In this document: positions 38,912 to 52,718 of the stretch, one piece after another
Position numbering within the stretch: position 1 is the first letter of the stretch
Layout: every line of letters begins with the position of its first letter
From: Octopus vulgaris
Lineage: Eukaryota
Length of the DNA stretch: 64,000 bases
NCBI GenBank assembly: GCA_951406725.2
Contig: OX597822.1
Span: forward strand, 116,870,001 to 116,934,000
Direction: 5' to 3'
Program-made: the position numbers and the translations under genes
Notes under the pieces: model-generated
Database searches by the model: none
Seen by the model: the letters and a program-made list of their open reading frames with translations, nothing else
Told to the model about the DNA's origin: nothing

Positions 38912-40349
38912 ATGTATGCATATATACACTATTGTACCTGCAGAAATATGCACTCATATACATATAAACTATATATATAGAATACACATATATACACAGA
39001 TGATTTATACATATATTAGACACGTGTATATATGTATGTTTATATATATATACATCATAATATATACATACATATACACACACCCACGTGTGCGTGTATG
39101 TATGTATTAGTGTGTGTTTCAAGGCTAATATGCGATAGTATATTATCTATTGATAGATAAACATTAACACATTGTTGTGTATCTGTAGGTTAGTTCCTAG
39201 CGGAGCAAACCTATCATCAAATGGTTTCTATCCGTGACCGTCTCATCGGGGTTTTTTTTCCGTGTAGGGTATCCAGACTGTCGTTATCAAACATGTCCTT
39301 TTTTTACGTAAGACGGTGGGGTTCATGTGACCGCACTTGTCGTGTTTTGGAGATTTTTAGTGCTGGTATTTTAGGTAAAATTCTTACCTATATCTCAAAT
39401 AACAGACACATAAATATATATATATTATTCTATATATGCACACGTATATAGTAGGGAGTCGAAGTTGAATAAGAAAGCACCTGCATATCTATAATGTTTG
39501 ATTACAAGGTTTCTGAATGCTTGTTAATAAAAATCTCTCAAGAAGAGAATTACATTTCGGAGGCATTTCATAAACAAAGGGAGCTTCAATAAGAAGGAAA
39601 GCCACAAAATTGAAATTCCTCTAAAAAGGTAAAATTGAGAAGAATTGGTATTTCTCGAAATTTGCAATGAGAGTACAAAATAAATGAGTGAAGAAAAAAA
39701 ATGAATTTATTTGGAAAGCCTTGTTTGCGTTTGGTCATTCGAAATCGAGGAATTCGTTGCAAGAGTTGGCAGCCTGTTATTCTAAATTCTGAGAATGGAT
39801 CACTTACCTTTTTTAAGAGTCATAGCTGTAGTAAGCTTGTAGAAAACATGAAGTCGGATAGATGAGGCGAGGACACAAGGTTTTCTATGAATGGAGAAAT
39901 CCTACTGCTATACGCTCGTGCTCGCGCTTTCCTTCTCACTCTTAATCTCCCTTCCCCCTCCTGCCTCCTGCTCTCTCTAATCTATTTCCTCCTACCTCGA
40001 CTCCTATCTTGATCTTCTTACTATGTATGTATCTTTTGCGTATGCGTACACACGCGCGCGCACCTTGCGTATACGTTCGTGTACGTTGTACGTATGTGCA
40101 TGTGTGTGTGCGTATATATGTGTGTGTGTGCCTATATATGTGTGCATGTGTGTGTGCGTATATATGTGTGCATGTGCTTGGTTGCTTCGTCTGTTAATAT
40201 AAGCTTCTGTGCACGCTTACACATAGATGTATTTTATTGAAGTTAGCATCACAATATCATAGCAGCTGCTCTGAGGCGAAGGCAGAGAGAAAGAGAGCAC
40301 GTATGTGTACGTATGCATGTATACGAACGTATATGTATATGTGCGTGTG

Positions 40350-40381
<32 letters not shown>

Positions 40382-40651
40382 ACTAGAGTAGAACAGTTAC
40401 AGGCTTTTTCCTCTTCGTTCGTCAGCTCTGAATCGTGCGCAAAATGTTTTAATGTGAATCTCAATTTTCGAGAGTAACTAAAGGATTATTATTAACAAAA
40501 ACCTATAATATTCCATCACCACGTCTCCACCGCCCCCCATATGTGTGTTGCGTTTCTCCTTCCCCCCCCCCCCTTGCACGCATCTTGTTCTATTTTGTAA
40601 ATATTATAGAAAATAATAATAAATGCTTCAACGAGAAGAAGAAATAATAAC

Positions 40652-40690
<39 letters not shown>

Positions 40691-42106
40691 GATGTTTTGT
40701 TTATTTATATTTTTATAATAATGATGAAGATCATTTTTAGATGATGATGATGGTTATTATTATTGTTATTATATTTTCTTATTACAAAGAGACGGTTTGC
40801 TGGAAGGAAAGATGCAGGCGAAGGTTTGTATCTGCAAAGCCAGGAATACGCGGAGAACAATCGCTGGTGGTGTTTCTCTGATGTTATTGTTCCAGCCATC
40901 GGGACGACCAACCCCTACCTTTTGCGCTAATGGACATCTCATGTTTCCTACTTGTTATCGCTTTGCCCCACTCATTCGAAGCCAAATGGAAATACCTACG
41001 GTCAAAGGCAGTCCATCTGGTCGTCGGAATACTACGTAGGACCTCGTTGATCAATGTGTTCTCTCGTTCCCCACCACCGTTGTACGGTAGGGCGTGATAT
41101 GAATGGGATTTAGCTGCTGTTTCTAGCGACTACAGAGAGGCTCTTAACGTTGGCTCGTTGCCTGATGGTTATGGCTTACATGTGACTGAGGTACGCTCCC
41201 CCCACGCCCCTCACTGTCGTCAGATCAGTGAGGAAAATAAAGGAAAGAACTTCAGCAATGTGGTAGAAATAACTGCATCGCTGACTGTTTGAGCCTCCAT
41301 AAACAATAACCCGTGATAAGAGAAAACACGGCCACGAAAATAGAGGAAGTGTGGGGCAAACACAGTCGTAAATTTATTAGACAAGAGGGAACTGCTGTAA
41401 AGGTCATTGCCACCGCCCCTCCTCCTCCTCTTCTTCTCGTGAATAACTTATATAATAACAACAACAACAACAATAATAATGAATGCAGGCCCCTGATTTA
41501 ATATTCTCGTTACACTCAAAAAGTGTTGGTGCTGTGAACCTTTTTCGTAAATTATTTATTTGCCACAGAGCGAGAGGGAGAGAGAGAAGCGGGGTCCCTT
41601 AAATGGAGACGGGTCAACGTCCGAGAGAATTCTTTGTAGTTCCTCATTAAATAGAAGCCAAATTATAGAGAACCGTCGTGAAAAAGCGGACACATTAATA
41701 TTCTGTAGTCATAGCTGCAAAATGCCCGAGGGAATGGCGGAGCGGTCACCACTGGAATGTCCCGTTGATCATAGATACCTGTTCATTCAAAGCTGATATG
41801 TAGGATGCAAAACTCGTTGAAGCTGTCTTCCGTGTTTTCTCTGAAAGTAATACTGCCAAGACTCTCGTTAGCTTCTCTGATTGTAAGTTACCGGAACAAA
41901 TCAGTGAGCCAGCGATGGAACTTCTATGCGGTCTCTCGCCCTGCTAGAAATCGTAGCGAAATCTTCTTTCAAATCAGATCGTACTCAAGATAATGCAATA
42001 CTAAAAATACTGAACAAAAGATAGGTTGGTGACAGCTGATTGTAGGTCGGCGTGATCATAACTACCCAGGGAGGAAACAGCAATAACATCATAAAATCGA
42101 TATACC

Positions 42107-42399
42107 CAGTGGCGGACTTGCCAGGTTGCCGACTTGCCCGATGGCAAGTGAACCCTTGCACCTTTAGAATCAATATATGGGGGCCCATGTTATTATCTAA
42201 GTGGCCCATCCCGGCAAGTTTGACAATTTTTATTCACTCCTGGAAGAATGCATTAATTATTTCTGCCTGGCTGTGTTTGTAGACAGAAAAGAATACTTTT
42301 AACAAAGCAAAAACATAAATAAATAAATAGTAGCATTGTAGTTGCGGGTGGACCCCTTAGTCTCCTAGCAACCGATATTTTAGACCCAGTCCGCCACTG
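42107..42399. mobile_element. hAT-type MITE
   Basis: TIR cagtggcggact / agtccgccactg; 8 bp TSD gatatacc / ggtatacc. Confidence 0.8.
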
Positions 42400-43090
42400 G
42401 GTATACCTATACAATTGCGCTTCCTACACACGCTGACTTTGTTTCCTCATAACTTTCAGAAAAATGGATATTTTTTAATGAAATTTTCTACAAATACCTT
42501 TCATATAGTGTTGATTCTGATAAGATCAGTTTTTGTTATGAAAAAAAAATTTCAAAGTGGGAAAGGGAGTTTGAGATAATTCACACAAGTCAACTTTGTT
42601 CCCTCATAACTTCCAGAAAAAAAAGAGTAATTTTAATGAAATTTTCAACAAATACTTTTCAGATGGAGAAGATTACGATTACATCAGAATTTTTTGTGAA
42701 AAAGTATTTCAGTGAACCTATAAAGGATCATTAAATAGGAGATTTACGTTTGTCCTGAACGAATGCCATTTCGGTTGGAAAGTTGTAAATGTAAAAGCAG
42801 CTTCTTTGTTTAATGAAAGGAAATGATTTCAAACAAGAACCAGAAACAGGATGTGGATTTGATTCTTACTCTTTTACTTGTTTCAGTCGCTTGACTGCGG
42901 CCATGCTGCAGCACCGCCTTTAGTCGAGCAAATTGATCCTAGGACTTATTCTTTGTAAGCCTAGTACTTATTCTATCAGTCTCTTTTGCCGAACAGCTAA
43001 GACATAAACACACCAGCATCAGTTGTCAAGCGATGTTGGGGGGCATAAACACAGACAAATAAACATATACACACATAAACATATACACAC

Positions 43091-43169
<79 letters not shown>

Positions 43170-43803
43170 TACGACAGGCTTCTTTCAGTTTCCGCTCACA
43201 AGGCTTTGGTTGGCCCAAGGCTATAGTAGAAGACACTTGCCCGAGGTGTCACGCAGTGGGACTGAACCCGGAACCATGTGGTTGGTAAGCAAGCTACTTA
43301 CCACACAGCCGCTCCTGCACCCATAACACTTATTTAGTAATAAAATGTGAAACCTAGTAACGGTCATTAGTTATATAACCCTTTACTATGAATTTCCATA
43401 CTTTTTCATCTACCAAATTCCATTAAAGTATTCAAATCACAATGAAGTCGGTTTTGCATTTTGTCCTTTCGTGGTTGATAAAATAAGCACCAGTTCAGTC
43501 CTGGGGTTGGTGTGATCGGCTTTGCCCCCCAATCCCACCCAATACAAAATTTGGCGTTGTGCCTATAGCCATTGTCATCATGTATCATAAAGCCTGCGGC
43601 ACTTTGATGAGACTACAATGAGAATCTTCCTGATGAAGCACAAGCTCTCCAGCTTGTCCAGTAAATCATGATATTGTGAAAAGAATTATTATTATTGTAA
43701 TTATCATTATTAAGATAAAGCTGGTAGAGTCGTTAGCACACCGGGTGAAATGCTTGGCAGTATTTCGTCTGTCTTTACATTCTGAGTTCAAATTCTACCG
43801 AGG

Positions 43804-44315
43804 TTGGAAATTGTAGATCAAATGGAAATTGTAGTTGTGATACCTGTGCCGGCTGCATGTAAAAAGCACCATCCGAACGTGGCCGATGCCAGCATTGCCT
43901 TAGCTGGCTTCTGTGCCGGTGCACATGGCCTGCTGTGCTTGAGGAGACCTCTTGAGTCAAGTACACCCAACATCAAAATAAATATCAAATGGAAATTGTA
44001 GTTGTGATACCTGTGCCAATGGCACGTAAAAAGCACCATCCGAACATGGCCGCTGCCAGCACCACCTTGACTGGCTTCTGTGCTGGTGGCACGTAAAAAG
44101 CACCAATTGATCGTGGTCGCTGCCAGCCTCCCCTGGCACCTAAAAAGCACCCACTACACTCACAGAGTGGTTGGCGTTAGGAAGGGCATCCAGCTGTAGA
44201 AACACTGCCAGATCAGACTGGAGCCCGGTGCAGCCTCCTGGCTTCCCAAACCCCGGTCGAACCGTCCAATCCATGCTAGTATGGAAAATGGACGTTAAAC
44301 TGTGATGATGATGAT
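43804..44315 (+). mobile_element. RTE 3'-UTR fragment inserted into a SINE-B
   Basis: SINE-B (~43715-44420) is split at gaggttg|...|gttgactttgcc. Confidence 0.85.
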
Positions 44316-44708
44316 GTTGACTTTGCCTTCCATCTTTTTGGAAGTCAATAAATTAAGTACCAGTTGACTACTCGAGTCAATGTAATCAACTTAACCCCTC
44401 CCCACTCCAAAAAAATTTCAGTCCTTGAGTCTTTCATAGAAAGGATTCTTCTTCTTCTTATTATTATTATTTGTTCTGAGTCCAAATTCCGCTGAACCCC
44501 ACTGGCTAAGGGAGCAGGCCAACAGAAGAAAGATTGAGAGAAAGTTGTGGTGAAAGAGTACAGCAGGGATCGCCACCACACCCTGCCAGAGCCTCGTAGA
44601 GCTTTAGGTGTTTTTGCTCAATAAAGACTCACAACGCCTAGTCTGGGAATCGAAACCGCAATTCTACAACCGTGAGTCCGCTGCCCTAATCACTGTCCAT
44701 TGTGCCTC

Positions 44709-44745
<37 letters not shown>

Positions 44746-44750
44746 AAGTC

Positions 44751-44791
44751 CACCTGAAGATTGTCGATCAAGACAAGAAACGATTGTAGTG
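44751..44791 (+). ncRNA. Minimal type I hammerhead ribozyme with intact catalytic core
   Basis: cac-CTGAAGA-ttgtc gatcaa gacaa-GAAAC-gatt-GTA-gtg, in a ~140 bp cassette between two (TA)n tracts. Confidence 0.85.
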
Positions 44792-45414
44792 CGGTTTTTG
44801 ACTATTTATTAAAATTTTATGTATTGATTAAGTCTTTCCTTGTTTGTTTTGCAAAATAGTGGTTTTGTCTCTAATAATATTTTATATATATATATATATA
44901 TATCTACATACAATGTGTGTCTGTTTGTTCCCCACCACTGCCTGACAACCAATGTTGGTGTGTCTATGTCCCCTTGTCTTAGCAGTTCAGCAAAAAGAGA
45001 CTAATAGAATAAGTACCAGACTTATATCCCTCAAATTAAATACATTTGCTTTATAAAGGAAATGTCAGATAACATAATCCAATGTATATTACTACTGCTG
45101 ACAGTAATAAAAATAGGCTGGTTTTAACTAGAATGCCTTTGATCTTAAATCCACTCAATGAAGGGACTGAATTGGGCTGAACAGTTATGTATTTGGACGG
45201 GTGAGATAGAAGATGAGGTACGAAGTGATGTATGCAAAAAAATTCTTAATGAATTGAAATAGGCCTTTCAATTCAAAAACCTAACAGTGAATGTTAACAA
45301 CTTCCTCACAGTGCTCTTCCCTGGGAATGAACCTGGAAGTCTGAGGTTATTGAGCAAGCTTCATAACAACAAGTTCAAGCTGCTGCCTGGATAATTTGAA
45401 GAAATTAAGAATTC

Positions 45415-45910
45415 ATCATCATCGTTTAACATCCGCTTTCCATGCTAGCATGGGTTGGACGAATGGCTGAGGGCTGGCGAACCAGATGGCTGCACCAGGC
45501 TCCACTCTTGATCTGGCAGAGTTTCTACAGCTGGATGCCCTTCCTAACGCCAACCACTCGGAGAGTGTAGTGGGTGCTTTTACGTGCTACCGGCACAGGG
45601 GCCAGTCAGGCGATACTGGCAACGACCTCACTCGAATCTTTTACACATGCCACCGGCACAGGAGCCAGTAAGGTGATGTTGGTAACAATCACGCTCGAAT
45701 GGTGCCCTTTTACATGCCACAGGCACGGAGGCCAGATAGCCGCTCTGGCAATGATCATGCTCGGATGGTGCTCTTAATATCCTACTAGCATGGGGCTCCA
45801 ATGCCAGTAAGGTGACACTGGTAACAATCACACTCGAATGGTGCCTTTTATGTGCCACTGGCACGGAAGCCGGTTAGCCGTTCTGTCATCAATCACACTC
45901 GTATGGTACT
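45415..45910 (-). mobile_element. RTE 3'-UTR fragment, different subfamily
   Basis: (CAT)n tail and ~60 nt tandem units. Confidence 0.8.
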
Positions 45911-46416
45911 CATTCCAAAGAAAACAGTGACAACAGTATTTAACCCTGAGTCATCCCCGAGCTAAAGTGTTCAATCTTTGAGCATCTTGTCTTTCTTCAG
46001 ATGCAGCATCTCAAGGACATCATTATTCAGTGTCACCTTTTTTTTAAAAAGCACTGTTGGATGTGATTTGAGAAAGATTTAGTTGTTATTTTTAGCAGGC
46101 TGAGCAACCAGAGAGATCTTCCTCATTGGCTTATGCTTCCGAAAGATAGAGACAATTGATACATCTCATAATGTCCTCTATATTCCTGACTTAGTCAGAG
46201 GTGGACTGGTAGTATAGCAACGGAGTCTACTCTGCTCTCTGCTAACAACATCCTAAGATCAGGTAGGGATGTTAAACAGGGAACAGATGAAGTCTAAACA
46301 ACCAAAATTGACCCCACTATACTTAACCCTTTTGATACTGACCTGCCCCTAATTCTAAAGTATTTCTGGTTTCCAGGTTACAATAAATTGCAGTAAATCT
46401 GTTACCATATCAATAC

Positions 46417-46910
46417 ATCTCTATATATATAAACGGCAAAATGTCTGTGTGTGTGTGTGTCCTTTATACAAATCCACAATTTTTCAGTTAGAGGGCTCAC
46501 ACTTTCTATGGTCATTCAAAACCGTCCAAGGGTGGTCGTGCACATCTTTACATTTCCCCAGTCACCCTGCAAAGCCATTAAAAAAATCAATAGAAGTGAC
46601 TTTTTTGTGAATTTTCTATCCAAAACCCAATCAAAATGCCCGAAACTTGATACGCCAATTGAATGCCAGCTAGCTGTATGTGATTGGTCGGAGATTTGGA
46701 CAGTACTCGCGTATATGTGCACACGCACACAGCTGTATATGCATGCACTAGCACTACGACCCGGCTAGAAAATGAAATTCATTCGACAGTATGAGCAAGT
46801 TGATTTTAGCTTTTTTCACTAAAGATTATGATGAAGAAAGATAATAGTTTCTCTTTTACTTTTGAATGATTTCCAACCTTACTTGCAAAATCTTATCTTT
46901 TCAAAATTAT
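46417..46910 (+). mobile_element. Possible Helitron-like 5' fragment
   Basis: atctctatatatataaacggcaaaatgtctgtgtgtg start is typical of non-autonomous Helitrons; 3' end not identified. Confidence 0.4.
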
Positions 46911-47044
46911 CAATGCGCATGTGTGTGTGTGTGCGTAGTGTGTGTATGTGTGTGTGTGTGTTTGGTTTGTGAGTGCTGTAACACCTGCACAGTCAACTTA
47001 TCTGAGACCATATACACTAAAACAACAGTTATGCACACACACAC

Positions 47045-47120
<76 letters not shown>

Positions 47121-47457
47121 GCACATACACACAACACGGACATATGCACTAGGGTGGGAGAAAAGCAAGGGGTAGGGAAGGAGAAAGTAGCAACCATACA
47201 AATTCGTTAGTATACATGTACAACTTGGCTAGTTGTAAAACTTTGATCAACTGAGATAACCTTTGCAATTAAAGAATAAATACTCCCCCCAAATGTGTGT
47301 AACAATCTAAAAACAACAGGGCAGATAAGTCCAATAAGCTAAAAATTTATGATCAACATTTATGGACAATACAGACGCTATACACTGGAGATCAATTCGT
47401 CTTGGAAGCCAACTTATGAAAGTAACAGACATGTTTTAGTCCCCTAGACATACTTAA

Positions 47458-47677
47458 CCCCTTAGCATTCAAACCGGCCGTATCTGGCCAAAATATTTAA
47501 CCTGTTTTATATTGAAACTGACCAGCTCTCACCTCTCACCTCAGCCCTACCATGTCATTCTAAAACGAAAAAATCACATCACTGAAATCTCTAAACTACA
47601 AGATAATGCAGAATTAATTCAAAACAATATAAATAATCAATCATCACATTTGACAGAATAATCTGAACCCTAAAGGG
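47458..47677. mobile_element. piggyBac-type MITE
   Basis: TTAA|cccc...aggg|TTAA; related copy at ~63162-63959. Confidence 0.75.
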
Positions 47678-48512
47678 TTAATCCAGCCTCACTTCTTCCC
47701 AGTCTGTTTCTTTCCAGAGATATCTTCCATATTCAATGCCCGTTTCTCATCAGTGGGAAACATGACATTTCTTAGGCCTTACCTGCTTTGTGCACTTTAC
47801 TTTTTCAAACTAGAAAGAGAGAACTTCTTTTTTGCCAAATTGGGCAACTGTCCATTGAACTTGTTCTGCTCTGCAAATTAGTCCATACTATGACTCCATA
47901 CAGCAAATAATTAGATCACCTAGGTTACAAAAGCAATGTAACAGTTATGTGTGATATATATATAGGTCACCAAATGTAAAGGTATGGGTGCAACAGGTAG
48001 ACTGTGGCAGGTTAAGGTGTGGTGTAGTGGGGTTGTTGCAAGTTAAAGAAAACATTAATCAAGTAAAAGCAGTTGCACAGTTATTCATTTCTTATTTCTT
48101 TATTGCCCACAAAGGGCTAAACACAGAGGGGACAAACAAGGACAGACAAAGGGATTTAATCGATTACTTAATTTATCGACCCCTGAAAGGATGAAAGGCA
48201 AAGTCTAAAACGGCGGAATTTGAACTCAGAACATAACGGCAGACAAAATACCTATTTCTTTACTACCCACAAGGGGCTAAACATAGAGGGGACAAACAAG
48301 GACAAACAAAGGGATTAAGTCGATTATATCGACCCCAGTGCATAATTGGTACTTAATTTATCGACCCCGAAAGGATGAAAGGCAAAGTCAACCTCGGCAA
48401 GATTTGAACTCAGGACGTAATGGCAGACGAAATACGGCTACGCATTTTGCCCAGCGTGCTAACGATTCTGCCAGCTCACCACCTTTATTATTCATTTCTG
48501 GTTACATTGAAA

Positions 48513-50277
48513 GAGTGTCTGGTCAATTCGTTGATGGCAATTTGTCATTGTTTAATTTGTCCCCAGTCAATTCATCATTGGTCAATTTGTTGTCAGTCAG
48601 TTCATTAAGATCATAGGAAAAATGGAAGAACAAATATCTGAATTAAAAAACCTTTATTTTAAGGTTTGCTGTATTAGATATTTATTTTTTCTTAAAATTT
48701 AAGATTGTACGCAATTGCTTTTAGAGAAATAATTTTCTGGCTTGAATCACATTTTTTATACGCAGGTTCATATCTCTGTATTTTTTCTTTTGGCTTGGTT
48801 CTTCTCCTTCTATAAACTTCTGCAATTTGGTACTGGCAAACCTTTCCTCACATTTAATCACATCAATAAGTTTCCAAAATTCACTGTGCTTTTCAGCGTG
48901 CTGTGGTAGGCTTCTAAACGATTTGTTGTACGAGCAATCCCTGTCATACAGAGATCCCAAACATTCCATATAGGTAATTGAAATGGAGGTTCAAGGCATT
49001 GCCTCCTCTGACCTCTTCCTCTAGGGGTCCTATATAATTCTTTTAAAAATAGGATACGAGTGACTGTGGAATATCATCATCATCATCTACAAGTTGTTCA
49101 TATCCATCTACAACATCATCAACCGGCAGGAAGACAAGGTCAACAAAACACTGCACTTTTAGACTAAAACTGTCGTCTTCATGATAATTGCATTTTAGTC
49201 CTTCTTGCACAATATGCTTGTACAAATTTTGTCCTAAATGAAACAAGCAGCAGGCCAAATTCGACCCAGGAAACGATTCCAGAAACCCATTATGGGCTGC
49301 TTTTTTGAAATCCATAATTATATCATCAGGTTCCTTATTCTGCAGTAATACTTTTATTTTGGCAAAAAGTCTCCTATATGTGTCTTGACTCTTGTCAGAA
49401 AGCAATCCTGGGGCATTAAAATTATCCTTTCAAATGTAAAGTGTATATAACTGAAAGAATCTACTAGAGCAGCACTTAACCGTTCTGTCTGCTGGCCAGT
49501 TCTTGTGCTGTTTTAACTGTCGACATGCTTCGTCATTTGCAAATATTAGTATTCATTTTGAATCTTCCGTCCCACTGGAGTATTCACTTGGAATGGAATA
49601 CCCAAACATTTGTAAGTGGGGTGGCAGGATAGTTGGAATCAGTTTGCCTCCAACCTCTAATATTCCTATTAAGCTGTGAAAACAGAGGTATTTGTGATTA
49701 TGTACAGTCATTTAAATTCAGAACTTCACTAGTGATAACTGAGCAAGGGGCATCACGAGATGAAATAGACTTTACTTTAATATTTGAAACTATTATCCTT
49801 GCATTTACCTCTGCAGCAGTTGAAGTGTGATTATGGATCCCAATCTTCTTAAGCTGTTTATAATTTTCATCTGTTTGAAGTCTCGCCTTGCACACACACA
49901 ATTTTCGCACCTCCAGTATATCTTCAATCCATCTTCATTCTGCTTATTTTTTGTGCATATATAATTTTCTTGATCGACCGTTTTGATTTTTCCTTTCTCT
50001 GAAGTTATGATCTTGCAGGAATCATGTTGATGGGTTGGCATATTGAATAAGTTTAATTCAATTTACTTGAAAATCTTTGTTGGTAAACTGTTAAACTATT
50101 CAGCAGAGATAAGAGAGAGGTGGTGGGGGGGGGGCTAAAGAGAGGGGAAAACAATATTTAAAACTGTCCAACAACAATTTTAATTCTAAAGTGATTGTTC
50201 TAAACTTACCCTTGAAAATCACATTTAGCGAATTGACCAGGGACAACGAAATAACCAAGGATGAATTGTCCTAGTAG
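48513..50277 (-). mobile_element. Decayed MULE (Mutator-like) transposon: FLYWCH domain plus MULE DDE transposase
   Basis: YWRCE..CKAR..HNH and KSQDTY..F..IMDF..AA..FP..CLFHLGQN motifs. Subterminal ctggtcaattcg / cgaattgaccag. Flanking direct repeat cattgaaa. Confidence 0.85.
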
Positions 50278-50712
50278 CATTGAAACAAATTAACACACGA
50301 AGTAACTCACACTTGTCATAAATTTTATTCAACTATTATAAAGTTTTTCACAACTATGGTGAGTTGGAAGTAAATACGAATGCTAATCAGTTTTCATAGA
50401 GAACCTCTTGTGGTTGTAGAGGTCTGCTACTTAATTGATGTGAAACTTATACAAGATTGCCATTTATGACAAATTAACTATCTGCCAGTGTCTGAGGAAA
50501 AGAGAGAGAGAGGTTAACTCACTAAAAACTGATAAGAAAAGAAAATGTGCTTTTACAGGCATTTCAATATGTAGCTGTGTTGAAGTTGAACTGGGTCAAT
50601 AACAATGGTCAATAACAATTGCATGAGCTGAGAGGTGACACAAATAAATTCTAAGTGCAGATTCTGATAACAATGAACAAAAGAATGAAGGACCAAGACC
50701 CAAGTCCCAAAG

Positions 50713-51420
50713 ATGGGAATCCAGCTGAACACAAAATGCATGCACCGGGGTCCTAATACCGTCAGAACACATGACTTTGTTCAAAAAGTCCAAGAAATAA
50801 TGAATAAAAACTCCAGAAAGTACATCAGGGCCATTGCAAAGGACCTTTGCACCATCAAAACAGTTGTGCATAAAGACATCGGATACAAGTCGTATGTGAT
50901 GTGGAGTGGTCAGTTTTTGTTGGACGTGACAAGAGAGAATTATTCTGTCCATGCAAAGTGCTGACTGTACAAGTTAAAACAGCAAGAGGTTGAAATGCTT
51001 TGGTTTTTCTCTGATGAGACAAACTTTGATCAGAGAGCTGAGAGCCAAATAAGGTTCCAACAGTCATGCATACTAAGTTCCCAGTAACTGGGACGGTTCT
51101 GGGAATAATCAGCAACAAAGAAAATGTCAGGCCTCTTCACTTTTATCTTCACAGAGCTTAAGAGTCAATGCAACTATCTATTCAGAGATGCTGGAAAAAG
51201 TTGTGAAGCCCTGGATAGACAGAGTATGCAATGGAAGACTGTACATCTTCCAATAAGACTCTGTGCCATCTCATAAGACGAGGACAACCCAAGAGTGAAT
51301 ATGTGCCAATCTCCAAGATCATGTTCTCCCAGATACATGGTCTCCCTGCTCACCATAGCCCAATCCACTGGACAATTACATTTGGGGCATAGTCAGGAAA
51401 GAGATCAATCAACACCTCTA
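50713..51420 (+). pseudogene. Decayed Tc1/mariner (DD37D/maT-like) transposase
   Basis: WFFSDE (51001), YIFQ*DSVPSH (~51242) and WSPCSP*PNPLDNYIWG (~51338). Confidence 0.85.
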
Positions 51421-52649
51421 TAGCATCATGCAATCTCTTCCAATACCATACTGAAGCAGGTACTGATCATCATCATCATCGTTTAACGTCCGCTTTTGAT
51501 GCTGGCATGGGTTGGACGGTTTAACTGGGGTCTGGGAAGCCAGAAGGCTGCACCAGGCCCAGTCTGATCTGGCAGTGTTTCTACAGCTGGATGCCCTTCC
51601 TAATGATAAAAAGAGTCTCAGGAAAATTTTTACCAATTTGTTTTCATATACAGCTTTTCTTTTGTGAACAATGTATCTTTTTCCAAATTCATACAAATGA
51701 CCGAAAAGAACTAAACACCCCTGTATAGGCAAGGGGCATCGGTGTTTAATTGCTTGAATCTTTTACATAACTTTGTATCCATGAACAGCATCTACACCTG
51801 AACGTTCAACTACAGAATTATTCAACCAGCAGGGAAGCCTCTATGCTGTTGGTGAACCTGCTAGAAACACCAGCTAAATCTCTCTTTAATTTCACATCTA
51901 CCTATCTAATAATAAAAAAAAAAAAAGTAGGGAAGAAATATTGAGCAATGTAGTCGTAAATGCATAATGTCTGAACTAGATATGGATGGAATGCCTTTGA
52001 TCTGACCTGATTTGAGGGGAAAAGAGAAAAATATTAGGCATGGTTGCTTATTTTTGTAGCAATGCTCAACCAGAACCTGTACACACCTGATTAGAGAAGA
52101 GAGGAATATAAAAATGCATTCCATTAATTTCAAATGAGAGATTCTATTCTGAAGAAGAAGAAGAAAAGAAGGGAAAGAGAAATTCATTTTAGATTCCGTG
52201 TGTTTAGTGAACAACAAATTATGTAACAATGAAATTTGAATCTAGTAGCATGACTAACCGAACGTCTTCTTCGCCACCACCCCCTCGCCATTTGATGAAC
52301 AATAAGCTATAGAACAATCAAATAAATGGTATTACTCTGCCTCTCTCTCTCTCTCTCTTTGGTGAACAACAGACTATAGAACAATCAAACTGAACCTAAT
52401 AGTAAGAATGTATCAATCTGCGGTCGGTCACCCGACTTTCTTCCTCTACAGTTGGTGAACAACAGACTACAAGGCATTGAAATGGAATCTACTCGTGTGA
52501 CTGTATACGGGGGGGTGGGGGTGCCCACACCCACCTCCTCTCTACATTTGTTTAACAACAAACTGAATGGCAATCAAATTGAAACTAATGCTGGGATTGT
52601 ATCTATATCTATTGTATCTCTCTCTTTCTCTCTCTCTGCACATATGTAT

Positions 52650-52683
<34 letters not shown>

Positions 52684-52718
52684 CAGAGAGAGAGAGAGAG
52701 AGAGAGACATATACATAT

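Noticed and set aside
43630-43668. CTGATGA followed by an acaagct/agcttgt hairpin
   Set aside because: No GAAA or helix III follows.
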